A stretch of DNA of 40,561 nucleotides, from positions 1 through 40,561 of the forward strand of contig JBFFUI010000017.1 of NCBI GenBank assembly GCA_041571435.1, given 5' to 3'. Below the pieces are notes generated by a model. That model was not told the origin of the DNA, ran no database searches, and worked only from the letters and a program-made list of their open reading frames with translations. This DNA is from Sulfurimonadaceae bacterium (lineage in GTDB: Bacteria > Campylobacterota > Campylobacteria > Campylobacterales > Sulfurimonadaceae). The translations under genes and the position numbers were made by a program. Positions 10,298 to 19,629 of this stretch are shown in pieces. Position 1 is the first letter of the stretch. The number at the start of each line of letters is the position of its first letter.

Positions 10298-10786
10298 CTA
10301 TTTGTGCCCGCTGCCGCCTTGCCTCGGTAGCAGCATCTCGCCATGCTCGCCGCCGACACGGTAGGCCTCACCGAATCCAAACGTCGCTTCTCCCGAAATA
10401 GGTGTCAAAGCATAGAGGTTGAAGCCCTGCATCTTCATTAGCATTGAGACCATCTCTTCACCGAACTTGGCCTTGAACTGTTCCATGACCGGCACAAAGG
10501 CCGTCTCCTCTCTGGGGATCAGCGTTGATGCACACTGCAGGGAGATGCGCTTGCGGGCAAAGATGTTTGATGCTTGCGATTCATCTTCAATAAACAAGAG
10601 CGAAGCCTTACCTTCACGTTTGAGGTTCGCTGCATGGGTCGCGATATCGCTTATAAAGATATAGAAACGGTGATCATGATGGACAAAGGGGGCGTAAGAG
10701 GAAAAGGGGTGACCCTCGCCGTCGATCGACCCGATGACAACACTTTCAAAGGGACGGATAAAGGGTAGAATGGTGCTGTCGGCCAT
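10298..10786 (-). CDS. HugZ/HutZ-like pyridoxamine-5'-phosphate oxidase (split-barrel) family protein
   Basis: PFSSYAPF, IFISDIATH..NL, LFIEDE, IFARKR and GFGEAY motifs. Confidence 0.85.
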   Translation of the reverse strand: MADSTILPFIRPFESVVIGSIDGEGHPFSSYAPFVHHDHRFYIFISDIATHAANLKREGKASLLFIEDESQASNIFARKRISLQCASTLIPREETAFVPVMEQFKAKFGEEMVSMLMKMQGFNLYALTPISGEATFGFGEAYRVGGEHGEMLLPRQGGSGHK

Positions 10787-10787
10787 C

Positions 10788-11180
10788 TTATGTCAGCTGC
10801 GCCGATACCGCTGAGAGGATAGCGCCGGCATTGGTAGCCTCTCCACTGTATTTTACGATACCGACACCGTAGTTCGCCATGGCAGCAGCTGTGTTTTTAC
10901 AGGCGCGATTGACGACGACATACGCGCAGTCTTCAAGCACTTCACCCATTTTGAAATGCTCTTTGACATGCTCTTCATCGTCATGGTCATGTTCGCACTG
11001 GTGATTTTCGTCCGCATGTTCGTGGTCAAGGTCTGTTCTCGGGTTGGCACGCAGCTCTTCAAACGAGAACGCTTTGAACATACCGGCTCCATTAACACTG
11101 TAGATGGCAAAATAGGGCGTGTGGCCGGCATTACCGAAGAAGACAAGGGCATCGTTTTTGACTGGAATGGCAATTTTCAT
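10788..11180 (-). CDS. NifB/NifX (FeMo-cofactor-binding-like) family protein with His-rich insert
   Basis: MKIAIPV...GH.P.FAIY fold signature; His/acidic tract DHEHADENHQCEHDHDDEEH. Confidence 0.72.
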   Translation of the reverse strand: MKIAIPVKNDALVFFGNAGHTPYFAIYSVNGAGMFKAFSFEELRANPRTDLDHEHADENHQCEHDHDDEEHVKEHFKMGEVLEDCAYVVVNRACKNTAAAMANYGVGIVKYSGEATNAGAILSAVSAQLT

Positions 11181-11342
11181 TTAGGATCCTTCTGTTTACT
11201 AAAATTATACCTCAAAGATATAGAGATTATATCTATAAAGGTGCAAGTGCTGGTCCAGACCATGCAGATGCGAACGACGCTAAAAGCACATCTGCCTGTC
11301 ATAGTAATCGGGGTTTACTGTTAAAACTGCTACCATACCAGT

Positions 11343-13169
11343 ATGAATTCAAAAGATGAGCAGATGCCGCACGAAGCGCTCCAAGAAAAAAAATATAAGA
11401 TCCTGCAGAACCAGTTCGGACACAAAACCTTCAGGGCCCTGCAGGAAGAGGCAGTCGACACCATACTGGCGGGAAAAGACCTTCTGATGATCCTGCCGAC
11501 GGGCGGCGGAAAATCGCTTTCGTATCAGCTGCCGGCACTGCTGATGGAGGGGACCACGGTCGTCGTCTCACCGCTGCTTGCCCTGATGCATGACCAGGTC
11601 CAGAGCTTGAAAGCCCAGGGGATGCGTGCCGAGATGCTCTCATCGATGCAGAGTTCGGAGGAGAGCAGTGACATCGTCCGCCGTCTCTACGCCGGAGAGA
11701 TCGATTTTCTCTACCTCTCGCCTGAACGTCTTAACACTGACGGCATGCGAAATATCCTCTCACAGATAAAACTCAACTACTTCGTCATCGACGAGGCCCA
11801 CTGTATCAGTGAGTGGGGTCACGAGTTCCGATCGGACTACCGGGCATTGTCACAGCTTCGTGACTACTTCCCCGATGTGCCGGTGGCCGCCTTTACGGCG
11901 ACAGCGACAGAGCATGTCCGTCACGACATCGTCCGGCTGCTCCGGCTTCATGATGCGAAACTTCTTCAGGGGACAATCTTTCGTGAAAACCTTCAGATCA
12001 CAGTGCGTCACCGCATCAAAGACGGGTATGACCAGCTGACGGACTTTTTGGATGACCATAAAGAGGAGAGCGGGATCGTCTACGCCTTCTCGCGCAAGAA
12101 TGTCGAAGCGATTGCCCATCATCTGCAGAAAAAGGGCTATGCCGCAGCGGCCTATCATGCCGGGATGCCGAGCGAAGAGCGCAACCGGGTTTTTCACGAC
12201 TTTGTCCATGATGAGGTGAAGATCATCGTCGCGACTATTGCCTTCGGCATGGGGATCGACAAGAGCAATATTCGTTTTGTCGTGCATATGTCTTTGCCGA
12301 AGACGCTGGAGAACTACTATCAGGAGATCGGACGCGCCGGGCGTGACGGTGACCATGCCGATGTGGTTCTGCTCTTCAGCGCGGGTGACAGCATCCAGCA
12401 GAAACGTTTTATCGATATGAATGACGGTGACGAGGCCTATAAAGCCCATCTGCTGCAGAAGCTGGGGACCATACAGCGTTTTTCCGGGAGTGAAAGCTGC
12501 CGTCATCAGCAGCTGGCGGCCTACTTTGATGATACACTGGAAGCCTGCGGCGACAAGTGCGACAACTGCCTGGAACCCGACCATGACAAACGTGACATCT
12601 CCACCGAGGCACAGATGCTGCTCTCGACCGTCTACAGGACGGGGCAGTCTTTCGGTAAGAACTACCTTATCGATATCCTTCGCGGCTCCCGTGAGCAGAA
12701 GATCCTTGCAAACGGTCATGATGAACTGAGCGTTTACGGTGTGGGCGAGAAACTGAGCAAAAAGCAGTGGTTTGTGGTGATCGACCGTCTTTTGGAGGTG
12801 GAAGCGCTCCATGTCAACGAGCACCAGGGGTTGATGTTAAGTGAGAGCGGGCTGCAGATCCTCAAGGGCAAACAGCCGCTTCTTATTCGTGCTGACCGTC
12901 TCAATGTCAAGAGCAAGACCGTTAAAAAAGCGGCACCGGAGGATTTCGACTACGATACCGAACTCTTTGACAGACTCCGCGCCTATCGCCATGAAATCGC
13001 ACAGGAGCAGGGTGTTCCGGCCTACATCGTCTTTGGCGACAAGACCCTTAAAGAGATGGCAGCAAAACGTCCGAAGAGCAGAGATGAGATGTTACAGGTC
13101 GGGGGTATAGGTGAGGTGAAGTTCGAGCGATATGGAGAGAAGTTCCTGGTCTTTTTGCAGAGTCTCTAA
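11343..13169 (+). CDS. recQ: ATP-dependent DNA helicase RecQ
   Basis: PTGGGKSL, DEAHCISEWGHEFR, QEIGRAGRDG, Zn-binding Cys, RQC and HRDC (VPAYIVFGDKTL) domains. Confidence 0.96.
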   Translation: MNSKDEQMPHEALQEKKYKILQNQFGHKTFRALQEEAVDTILAGKDLLMILPTGGGKSLSYQLPALLMEGTTVVVSPLLALMHDQVQSLKAQGMRAEMLSSMQSSEESSDIVRRLYAGEIDFLYLSPERLNTDGMRNILSQIKLNYFVIDEAHCISEWGHEFRSDYRALSQLRDYFPDVPVAAFTATATEHVRHDIVRLLRLHDAKLLQGTIFRENLQITVRHRIKDGYDQLTDFLDDHKEESGIVYAFSRKNVEAIAHHLQKKGYAAAAYHAGMPSEERNRVFHDFVHDEVKIIVATIAFGMGIDKSNIRFVVHMSLPKTLENYYQEIGRAGRDGDHADVVLLFSAGDSIQQKRFIDMNDGDEAYKAHLLQKLGTIQRFSGSESCRHQQLAAYFDDTLEACGDKCDNCLEPDHDKRDISTEAQMLLSTVYRTGQSFGKNYLIDILRGSREQKILANGHDELSVYGVGEKLSKKQWFVVIDRLLEVEALHVNEHQGLMLSESGLQILKGKQPLLIRADRLNVKSKTVKKAAPEDFDYDTELFDRLRAYRHEIAQEQGVPAYIVFGDKTLKEMAAKRPKSRDEMLQVGGIGEVKFERYGEKFLVFLQSL

Positions 13170-13191
13170 AAGTAGAGACCCTCAGCAGCAA

Positions 13192-13503
13192 CTAGTTGGT
13201 GCCGCACTTTCCTGCACCGCACTTCATCGTCTCTTTCGGCATCTTGGTGCCGCATTTACCGGCACCGCACTTCATATTGCCCTGGGCATCTACCGGGCAG
13301 TCACACGGCTTGCTAGGGTCTTTTTTGGCTGCACAGTCCGGATTCGGGCAGGTTTTGCATTTGTCGCACCCTTTTGGTGTCATATCTTTCGTCATAGTAC
13401 TGCCGCATTTGCCTGCGCCGCATTTCATATCGGCTGCATTTAGTGTTGAAAAGCCGACCATAAGAAGGGCTGCGAAGAGGATGGTAGTGAGGTGTTTTAA
13501 CAT
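13192..13503 (-). CDS. Secreted Cys-rich low-complexity peptide with 3x MKCGAGKCG (bufferin/oxazolin-precursor-like)
   Basis: Sec signal ending LNA; 12 Cys; own TATAAT and AAGGA SD. Confidence 0.85.
   Translation of the reverse strand: MLKHLTTILFAALLMVGFSTLNAADMKCGAGKCGSTMTKDMTPKGCDKCKTCPNPDCAAKKDPSKPCDCPVDAQGNMKCGAGKCGTKMPKETMKCGAGKCGTN
13201..13428 (-). repeat. Three ~27-bp coding repeats for MKCGAGKCG (13201-13227, 13249-13275, 13402-13428)
   Basis: Direct repeats that differ only at synonymous positions. Confidence 0.9.
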
Positions 13504-13719
13504 GAGTTTTCCTTGGATTGTTTGCAGCTATTATACACTTATTTATGCTTAAACAATTGGCTGCGCCCTTGAAAAGAAGTTGATCGGTAGTGTCCGCACT
13601 GAAAACGAGATAGGGGCGGCATTTTCTTTACTTGAGGGTGCTTTAAAGCAGCGGTCAACATACAGATAACAAGAAACTAACAGCGTGTTTTGGGGTATCA
13701 TTTTGCAAAGGAAGGAAAC

Positions 13720-14490
13720 ATGCAGAACAATCTTCACGGAAAATGCGCTCTTATTACCGGGGCAACTTCCGGCATCGGCAAAGCCTGTGCCTACCAACTG
13801 GCTGAAGCGGGGGTCAACCTGGTTCTGAGCGGGCGTGCAGAAGAGACGCTCGAAGTACTGAAGCAGGAGCTTGCACGTTTCGGGGTCATAGTCGCGACGG
13901 TTGTGTTTGATGTACGTGACCGCAAGGCGGTTGAGCGCGAGCTTGAGAAACTGTTGGAGACGACAGACGTTGATATCCTTATCAATAATGCGGGTCTGGC
14001 ACTGGGGCTTGGTGCTTTGGACGAAGGGGATGTCGATCAGTGGGAAGAGATGATCGATGCCAATGTCAAAGGACTGCTCTATGTCAGCCGGGCCGTCATA
14101 CCGCAGATGAGCCGCCGCAACAGCGGCCATATCCTCAACATCGGTAGCATTGCGGGTAAGATGACCTACCCCGGCGGCAATGTCTACTGCGCGACCAAGT
14201 CTGCCGTGCATGCTTTGAGTGAGGCGATGAATATCGACCTGGCCGATACCGCAGTCAGGGTAGGCAACATCGCGCCGGGTGCCGTTGAGACGAATTTCTC
14301 CAATACCCGTTTCAGCGGCGACGACACAAAAGCCGATGCCGTCTATGAAGGGTACGAGCCCCTGCATGCCGAGGATATCGCGGAGCTAGCGCTCTATATA
14401 TTAAACGCCCCGGCACATGTCAATATTCAGGACACCCTTATCATGCCGACAGCACAGCGAAATCCGTATGTGCTCAACCGAAATAGCTGA
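13720..14490 (+). CDS. Short-chain dehydrogenase/reductase (YdfG-like)
   Basis: TGATSGIG, NNAGLALG, YCATK catalytic motif; start at ATG 13720 after AAGGAAGGA. Confidence 0.92.
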   Translation: MQNNLHGKCALITGATSGIGKACAYQLAEAGVNLVLSGRAEETLEVLKQELARFGVIVATVVFDVRDRKAVERELEKLLETTDVDILINNAGLALGLGALDEGDVDQWEEMIDANVKGLLYVSRAVIPQMSRRNSGHILNIGSIAGKMTYPGGNVYCATKSAVHALSEAMNIDLADTAVRVGNIAPGAVETNFSNTRFSGDDTKADAVYEGYEPLHAEDIAELALYILNAPAHVNIQDTLIMPTAQRNPYVLNRNS

Positions 14491-14515
14491 ACAAGTTCAG
14501 GTGAAAGGAGAGAGA

Positions 14516-14740
14516 ATGGGTTTTGTACCGCACACACAGGACGAACTTAAAAAGATGGGTATCACTGAAGGCAAAAGCTACCGCATCGAGTATGCCAACA
14601 AGGACTATTTTAACGGTGAAGAGATCATTGAGCAGTCCGACGGTACCGTTGTCGTGAGTAGTGACGGGAAGATCTATTTCAACGTGGTCGATCCGTACGG
14701 CATGGACAAGCTTATCCTGAAGGCACGGGTTGTAGGATGA
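14516..14740 (+). CDS. Small hypothetical protein (74 aa)
   Basis: AAGGAG SD before ATG 14516 (MGFVPHTQDELKKMG...); protein-like composition. Confidence 0.75.
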   Translation: MGFVPHTQDELKKMGITEGKSYRIEYANKDYFNGEEIIEQSDGTVVVSSDGKIYFNVVDPYGMDKLILKARVVG

Positions 14741-14744
14741 TATC

Positions 14745-15320
14745 TCAGAACTTCATGTCGATGCTGTAGGTCGGATGGGTGTTGCCGCCGGCACTTCTGA
14801 ACACCCCCAGTGTGAACTTCAGGCTTTTGAAGTACTGTTGCGTAAAATCAAAGGTGATCGGTATCCGAAACAGCAGGTCATAGGCAACCCCCAGGTTTTC
14901 GGCATCGGAAATATTATAGACATTGACGATGCTTCCGCCGATGTCAAAACCGTGAGGCAGTTTAAAGGTGTAGAGCAGCTGTGGCAAGAAGGTGTTTGTC
15001 TTGTCCTTTCGGTGGCGAAGTCCGACCGCTGTTGAGAGATCCAGCCACTCTCGCTCAAAAAAGTGATGCATCCACCCGTAGTAGATCTGGTTGGTGCCAC
15101 CGGCTTCGTGAGAGACATAGCCGTGAAAATCGTCATTGTCGGTGATGCCGTAACCCCAGACCAGGTAGCTCTGCCCTTCTTCAAAATAGTCGCCGGGGTT
15201 GATGGTGATGTCAATGTCAATATTGCCTTCACCCGCTGGTGTCCCATGATCATAACCGCCGGATGCGAAGAGAGGCAGGGCCAAAGAGACCAGAAGCAGA
15301 GTAGTGTGCAGCGTACGCAT
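14745..15320 (-). CDS. Exported hypothetical protein, probable small outer-membrane beta-barrel
   Basis: Signal peptide (..PLFA), alternating aromatic strands, C-terminal YSIDMKF. Confidence 0.7.
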   Translation of the reverse strand: MRTLHTTLLLVSLALPLFASGGYDHGTPAGEGNIDIDITINPGDYFEEGQSYLVWGYGITDNDDFHGYVSHEAGGTNQIYYGWMHHFFEREWLDLSTAVGLRHRKDKTNTFLPQLLYTFKLPHGFDIGGSIVNVYNISDAENLGVAYDLLFRIPITFDFTQQYFKSLKFTLGVFRSAGGNTHPTYSIDMKF

Positions 15321-15417
15321 AGAAAAGCCCTGTTACAAGTTCATGTTTGATGGAGTATACAGAATGCCAGGTAAAAAAGGCTTTTCGCTAGTGTCGTTTC
15401 TCGGGAGGCCCAGGCTG

Positions 15418-16179
15418 TTAATGATGATCTCTATAATAGTTCATCAGTACAGCAGCGCCCCAGATAAACGAGATGAAGAAGAGCATCCCCGAAATAAAGT
15501 TTGCTCCGGCAGCTATGGCAGCGTCATACTCCAGAAGCCCGGTGCTCATCAGGATCTGTCGCCAGTCATGCGTATGCGGCACCTGCGCTGCAGGACCGGT
15601 AAGCAACATAATTTTCAGGGCTCTTGCATCGTTGATGTAGGGGACGACATCCTTTAAGCTTTGCGCTACCCACCATAATGCAAGTGCAGCGCTGAAATTG
15701 TCACGGCTCTTGAAGACAAAAAAGAACATGATCCCAAGCGGCAGCAGCAACTGCATCAATGAGCCGCCCAGAAACATGATAAGCCTTCCAAACGGCTGGA
15801 AGATAATGTGCCCCGCCTCGTGGACAGGGAGGTTGATGAGGTGCATAAAAGAGTTGTTGATTTCGGGAAAACCACGGTAGTCGACGCCATATCCCATCTT
15901 AATAAAATGGATACCCCATCCCACCATCACGGCAAAAACAACGATCCGTGCATAGAACATCGTGGGCTCTTCTTTCAGGTTTGCCGCAGTGATGTAGCTC
16001 CAAAACCGTTGCATGTGCGAATCTTTTTTCGGGGCACGCTGCTGTTTTGCCTTCGCTTTTTTGTTAAAACGGTGCATGTCCAAGTCAAAACCGCACGCTT
16101 CACAGATATGCAGCGAACGGGGGGTAAGTGTGTTGATATGGCTGCATTTGGGGCATTTTATAGATTCTGTAGTGTGCAT
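15418..16179 (-). CDS. Zinc-ribbon membrane protein with HExxH motif (M50-like peptidase)
   Basis: CPKC..CEAC, LPVHEAGH in TM context, HDW motif. Confidence 0.75.
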   Translation of the reverse strand: MHTTESIKCPKCSHINTLTPRSLHICEACGFDLDMHRFNKKAKAKQQRAPKKDSHMQRFWSYITAANLKEEPTMFYARIVVFAVMVGWGIHFIKMGYGVDYRGFPEINNSFMHLINLPVHEAGHIIFQPFGRLIMFLGGSLMQLLLPLGIMFFFVFKSRDNFSAALALWWVAQSLKDVVPYINDARALKIMLLTGPAAQVPHTHDWRQILMSTGLLEYDAAIAAGANFISGMLFFISFIWGAAVLMNYYRDHH

Positions 16180-16288
16180 ATATCTGCCTTCTAGGTATTG
16201 GCGTATTATAATGGATACCGACTAAAAATGGTTTTATGAAAGAGATTTGAATATGTGTCTGAAAGTTTGAAAGCTAGATCTGCCTGGA

Positions 16289-16364
16289 TGGTGGAGCATA
16301 GCGGGATCGAACCGCTGACCTCTTCGCTGCCAGCGAAGCGCTCTCCCAGCTGAGCTAATGCCCC
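16289..16364 (-). tRNA. tRNA-Ala(GGC)
   Basis: Reverse complement GGGGCATTAGCTCAGCTGGGAGAGCG...CT-GGC-AG...GTTCGATC...CCA. Confidence 0.97.
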
Positions 16365-16426
16365 ACAGTTGAGAGGAGGAAATTATACTTCAAGAGTATT
16401 TGAAATACTCTTAAAAAAAACGCGTT

Positions 16427-17416
16427 TTATAAAATACTGTATTTTGCCGCTTCGGCGCGGGAGGCCAAAGGCTGTACTGCAATGCTTTCGCCTTCGAAGT
16501 CGAGTCTGTAGGTCTCTTGGGGTTTTGACTTGCAGTAGGTCAGGATCGCGCGTGCCGCAAACTCTTTGTCGGCCGGCGTGGCATTTTTGGAGAGCAGACA
16601 GTGCGGCCCCGGGATCCCGTCTGTTTTGATGTGGATGAACTTGTCGTTGACGATTCCCTTGAGCTTCTCGTTCTCATCCTGCTGACGGCCGATGACCAGT
16701 TTGGCACCGTCCGGCAGGCGAAGGTGCCGCCCCCATTTCAGCATCGGGATATCCTGGATTTCGAAGGTGTCATCGTATTTGATGTAGTCGCGCATCTTGA
16801 TGGAAAAATTCGCGTCAGTGAGCAGACAGCCGCCACCAGGGCTCTCATAATCGGTGATACCGAACTGTTCGACCAGTTCCATCTGGCGGTCGCGACTACG
16901 CCCTTGGATACCCTCCAGCTTCTCTCTGTCGACCCACCCCTCTGTCTCTGCTATCGTCGGCTCAAGACATTTGGCCGACATCGGGCGCAGCAGCAACCCC
17001 TCCACATTTGCTTCGTTGAGTACGGTGTTAAGCGCATCGCTGTTCTGGCTCATCGGACGCTGTCCAAGCACTTCGCCGCTGATCAGAAAGTCGGCCCCTT
17101 CGGCCTCCAAAATACGTTTGGCCACCTCAAACATCTTGGCATGGCAGTCGATGCAGGGGTTGAAGTGCTTGCCGTAGCCGTATTTCGGCGAGAAGAGGAC
17201 ACTCTGAAGGTATTCGTTCTGAATGTCGATGATGCGGAGCTCTGCACCGACCTGGTCACACATGTTCTGCATGTGCTCACGACGGTCGCGTGTGGCACCG
17301 AAACCGGTGTTGATGTTACAGGCGATCACTTCGATGCCCTGGTCGATGATGAGCTTCATCGCAAGAGTGGAGTCCAGACCGCCGCTGAAGAGGGCGATCG
17401 CTTTACGTTTTTGCAT
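16427..17416 (-). CDS. PP-loop ATPase, ThiI/MnmA-like tRNA thiolation-type protein
   Basis: SGGLDS PP-loop, NPCIDCH, SGEVLGQRPMSQ, PGGGCLLT. Confidence 0.82.
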   Translation of the reverse strand: MQKRKAIALFSGGLDSTLAMKLIIDQGIEVIACNINTGFGATRDRREHMQNMCDQVGAELRIIDIQNEYLQSVLFSPKYGYGKHFNPCIDCHAKMFEVAKRILEAEGADFLISGEVLGQRPMSQNSDALNTVLNEANVEGLLLRPMSAKCLEPTIAETEGWVDREKLEGIQGRSRDRQMELVEQFGITDYESPGGGCLLTDANFSIKMRDYIKYDDTFEIQDIPMLKWGRHLRLPDGAKLVIGRQQDENEKLKGIVNDKFIHIKTDGIPGPHCLLSKNATPADKEFAARAILTYCKSKPQETYRLDFEGESIAVQPLASRAEAAKYSIL

Positions 17417-17580
17417 TGATAATTCCCTGTAGAAGCACCGGTACCTGTTCGATAGGCAGGTTTACTTCAAAATATATGGAATTTTAGCAGGATAGACCGT
17501 GTTTTGACAACCAGACAGAGTCTAAAATGGAAGATTAAACCGTCAAGTCTCTCTAAGAGTCCCAAAAAACGGGATAAGGT

Positions 17581-19224
17581 TCAGGAGGTGACGAGCTGAC
17601 CTTTTTTTAGCATAGCGATTTTGCCTCTGATCTCGCGGATCAGGAAGGACTTTTTCTCAAACGAGTCATGCTGCTGCGTCAGTACTTTTTTGAGTTTGCG
17701 GTTATAGTGCTGGGTCAAAAAAGTGATCAGTTCTCTGTGCAATGCCGCTTCGTCTGCATACCCTTTGATCGTTTCATTAAGGGCGATGGCCATCAACTGC
17801 GGATGGTTGAACTGCTGCTGAACGACGAGGTCAAACTCAAAGGGGTGGAAATGCAGCATATCGGCTGAGATATAGTCGAGTATCTGGTCCCCGATAGCGG
17901 GGTTCTCCATCATGCTTTTGATCAGGCTGAGCTCCCAGACATCATAGGCATTTGTCATCTGCGGCGCTCTGTCCGGCACGTTCTGCTGTTGTGTTAGGCG
18001 GATAAGAGAGGGGCTGATCGCCATTCTTGCGGCAAGAAAGCTTTTGTACTCTTCCTGCAGCAGAGGCGAGAGTGTTTTGAGGTAGCCGATACTCTCGTGT
18101 AGTGCCTGCTCCTTGGCTTTGGGGTTGCGCAGGTCATAGGTGCGCAGTATCTCTTCGAGAACAAATTCTATAAAGGGTTTCGGGGAGCTGAACATCGCTT
18201 TAAGGGTGTCTACCTGTCCGGTATGGACCATATCGGCAGGGTCCTGTCCCCCTTCGAAGATGACAACACCGCCGTCAAAACCGCCGGCACTGAGAAGCTT
18301 GGAGGCTTTGAGGGCAGCCGCACGTCCGGCACTGTCGCCGTCGTAGGCCATGATGACTTTAGGGTCACCTTTACGCAGCAGCGGAAGGTGTTCGGGTGTC
18401 AGGGCTGTTCCCAGCGTTGCGACCGCCTGATTGAACCCGGCCTGGTGCAACATCACAACATCGAGGTACCCTTCGGTGATAATGATCTGGCGCTGTTTGT
18501 AGATGGCCTGTTTGGCGAGGTCATAGGCATAAAGCAGGCGCGATTTGTTAAAGAGTTCTGTCTGCGGCGAGTTGATGTATTTGGCCTGATGACCGGTGAT
18601 CGTACGCCCGCCGAAACCGACACTGGCCCCGTTGGGTGCATGAATAGGAAAGATGATGCGCTCGATAAAGCGGGCATACTCGCGCCCGCCTTCACTCCCG
18701 GCAACGCCCAGATCAACGGCCTCTTTCATACTGAACTGATTTGACTTGATAAACTGGAGGGTCTTGAACGAGTCAGGGGCATAACCGATCCCGAACTTCT
18801 CGATAGAGGCCATCGAGACGCCCCGTTCGCTCAGGTAAGCCTGTGCCGCAGGCATGGTCGTCAAAAGGCTCTGGTACCATTGGCTGAGTTTTTCCATCAG
18901 CTGTGAACGCTGTTTTTGCGGGTTTTTGTTGTCGGTGTAGTGCAGCGTATAGTTGTTCTGGTCCGCCAGCCGTTCGATCGCTTCAGGGTAGTTGAGCTTT
19001 TCATACTCCATGACAAACTTGATGGCATCCCCGCCGGCGCCGCAGCCGAAACAGTGATAGATCTGCTTTTGTGGGGAGATAACGAAACTTGGTGACTTCT
19101 CATCGTGAAACGGGCAGACTGCTTTGAAGTTGGCCCCGGCCTTTTTGACCTCGATATAGTTGCTGATAACGTCTAGTATGTCGACGCGGGCCTTAAGCCC
19201 TTCGATGGAGTCTTGGGAAATCAT
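17581..19224 (-). CDS. dnaG: DNA primase
   Basis: CPFH..K.PSF / HCFGCG zinc finger, KYINSP, TEGYLDV and YDGD.AG TOPRIM motifs. Confidence 0.97.
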   Translation of the reverse strand: MISQDSIEGLKARVDILDVISNYIEVKKAGANFKAVCPFHDEKSPSFVISPQKQIYHCFGCGAGGDAIKFVMEYEKLNYPEAIERLADQNNYTLHYTDNKNPQKQRSQLMEKLSQWYQSLLTTMPAAQAYLSERGVSMASIEKFGIGYAPDSFKTLQFIKSNQFSMKEAVDLGVAGSEGGREYARFIERIIFPIHAPNGASVGFGGRTITGHQAKYINSPQTELFNKSRLLYAYDLAKQAIYKQRQIIITEGYLDVVMLHQAGFNQAVATLGTALTPEHLPLLRKGDPKVIMAYDGDSAGRAAALKASKLLSAGGFDGGVVIFEGGQDPADMVHTGQVDTLKAMFSSPKPFIEFVLEEILRTYDLRNPKAKEQALHESIGYLKTLSPLLQEEYKSFLAARMAISPSLIRLTQQQNVPDRAPQMTNAYDVWELSLIKSMMENPAIGDQILDYISADMLHFHPFEFDLVVQQQFNHPQLMAIALNETIKGYADEAALHRELITFLTQHYNRKLKKVLTQQHDSFEKKSFLIREIRGKIAMLKKGQLVTS

Positions 19225-19263
19225 AGTCGTAGTTTAGTTTGTTTCGGGTTAGTTCTGGGTTAG
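19225..19263 (-). promoter_or_regulatory. dnaG promoter: CTAACC-N5-CTAACC direct repeat plus -10 TAAACT 6 nt before ATG
   Basis: 32/39 identical, in the same register, to 27131-27169. Confidence 0.65.
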
Positions 19264-19416
19264 TTTTGCAACTAAGTTTATGACAATAAAGCAAACCCTT
19301 CTGCTTTACGTTAACCTGATCATAAAAGGCGGGATGATTTCATTCACCGCAGGCTAGATTAATATTGTTTAGGTTATAATTCACGTCCAAATTTTAAAAG
19401 AAAGTAGGTGATGTGA

Positions 19417-19629
19417 ATGCCTGGTATTACACTTCGTTCGGACGATAACTTCGACGCAGCATACCGTCGTTTCAAAAAGCAAACTGACCGTAACCTTATC
19501 GTTACTGAAGCGCGCGCTCGCCGTTTCCACGAAACAGCGACAGAGAAACGCAAAAAGGATAAGATCAGTGCTCGTAAGAAGATGCTTAAACGTCTTTTCA
19601 TGATGCGCCGATACGAATCACGCCTCTAA
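19417..19629 (+). CDS. rpsU: 30S ribosomal protein S21
   Basis: MPGI...[15 protein letters not shown]...RRYESRL, the Campylobacterota-type S21. Confidence 0.97.
   Translation: MPGITLRSDDNFDAAYRRFKKQTDRNLIVTEARARRFHETATEKRKKDKISARKKMLKRLFMMRRYESRL

Noticed and set aside
10788-11180. Evidence for nitrogen fixation
   Set aside because: NifB/NifX-family domains are common outside diazotrophs, and no nif structural genes are present.
11850-12824. 324-aa ORF antisense to recQ (similarly 16601-17419, 32811-33578, 3078-3662, 8527-9123)
   Set aside because: Fully overlaps well-supported genes on the opposite strand; explained by codon bias.
13549-14367. 272-aa minus-strand ORF
   Set aside because: Antisense shadow of the SDR gene, a well-known artefact for this family; no independent motifs.
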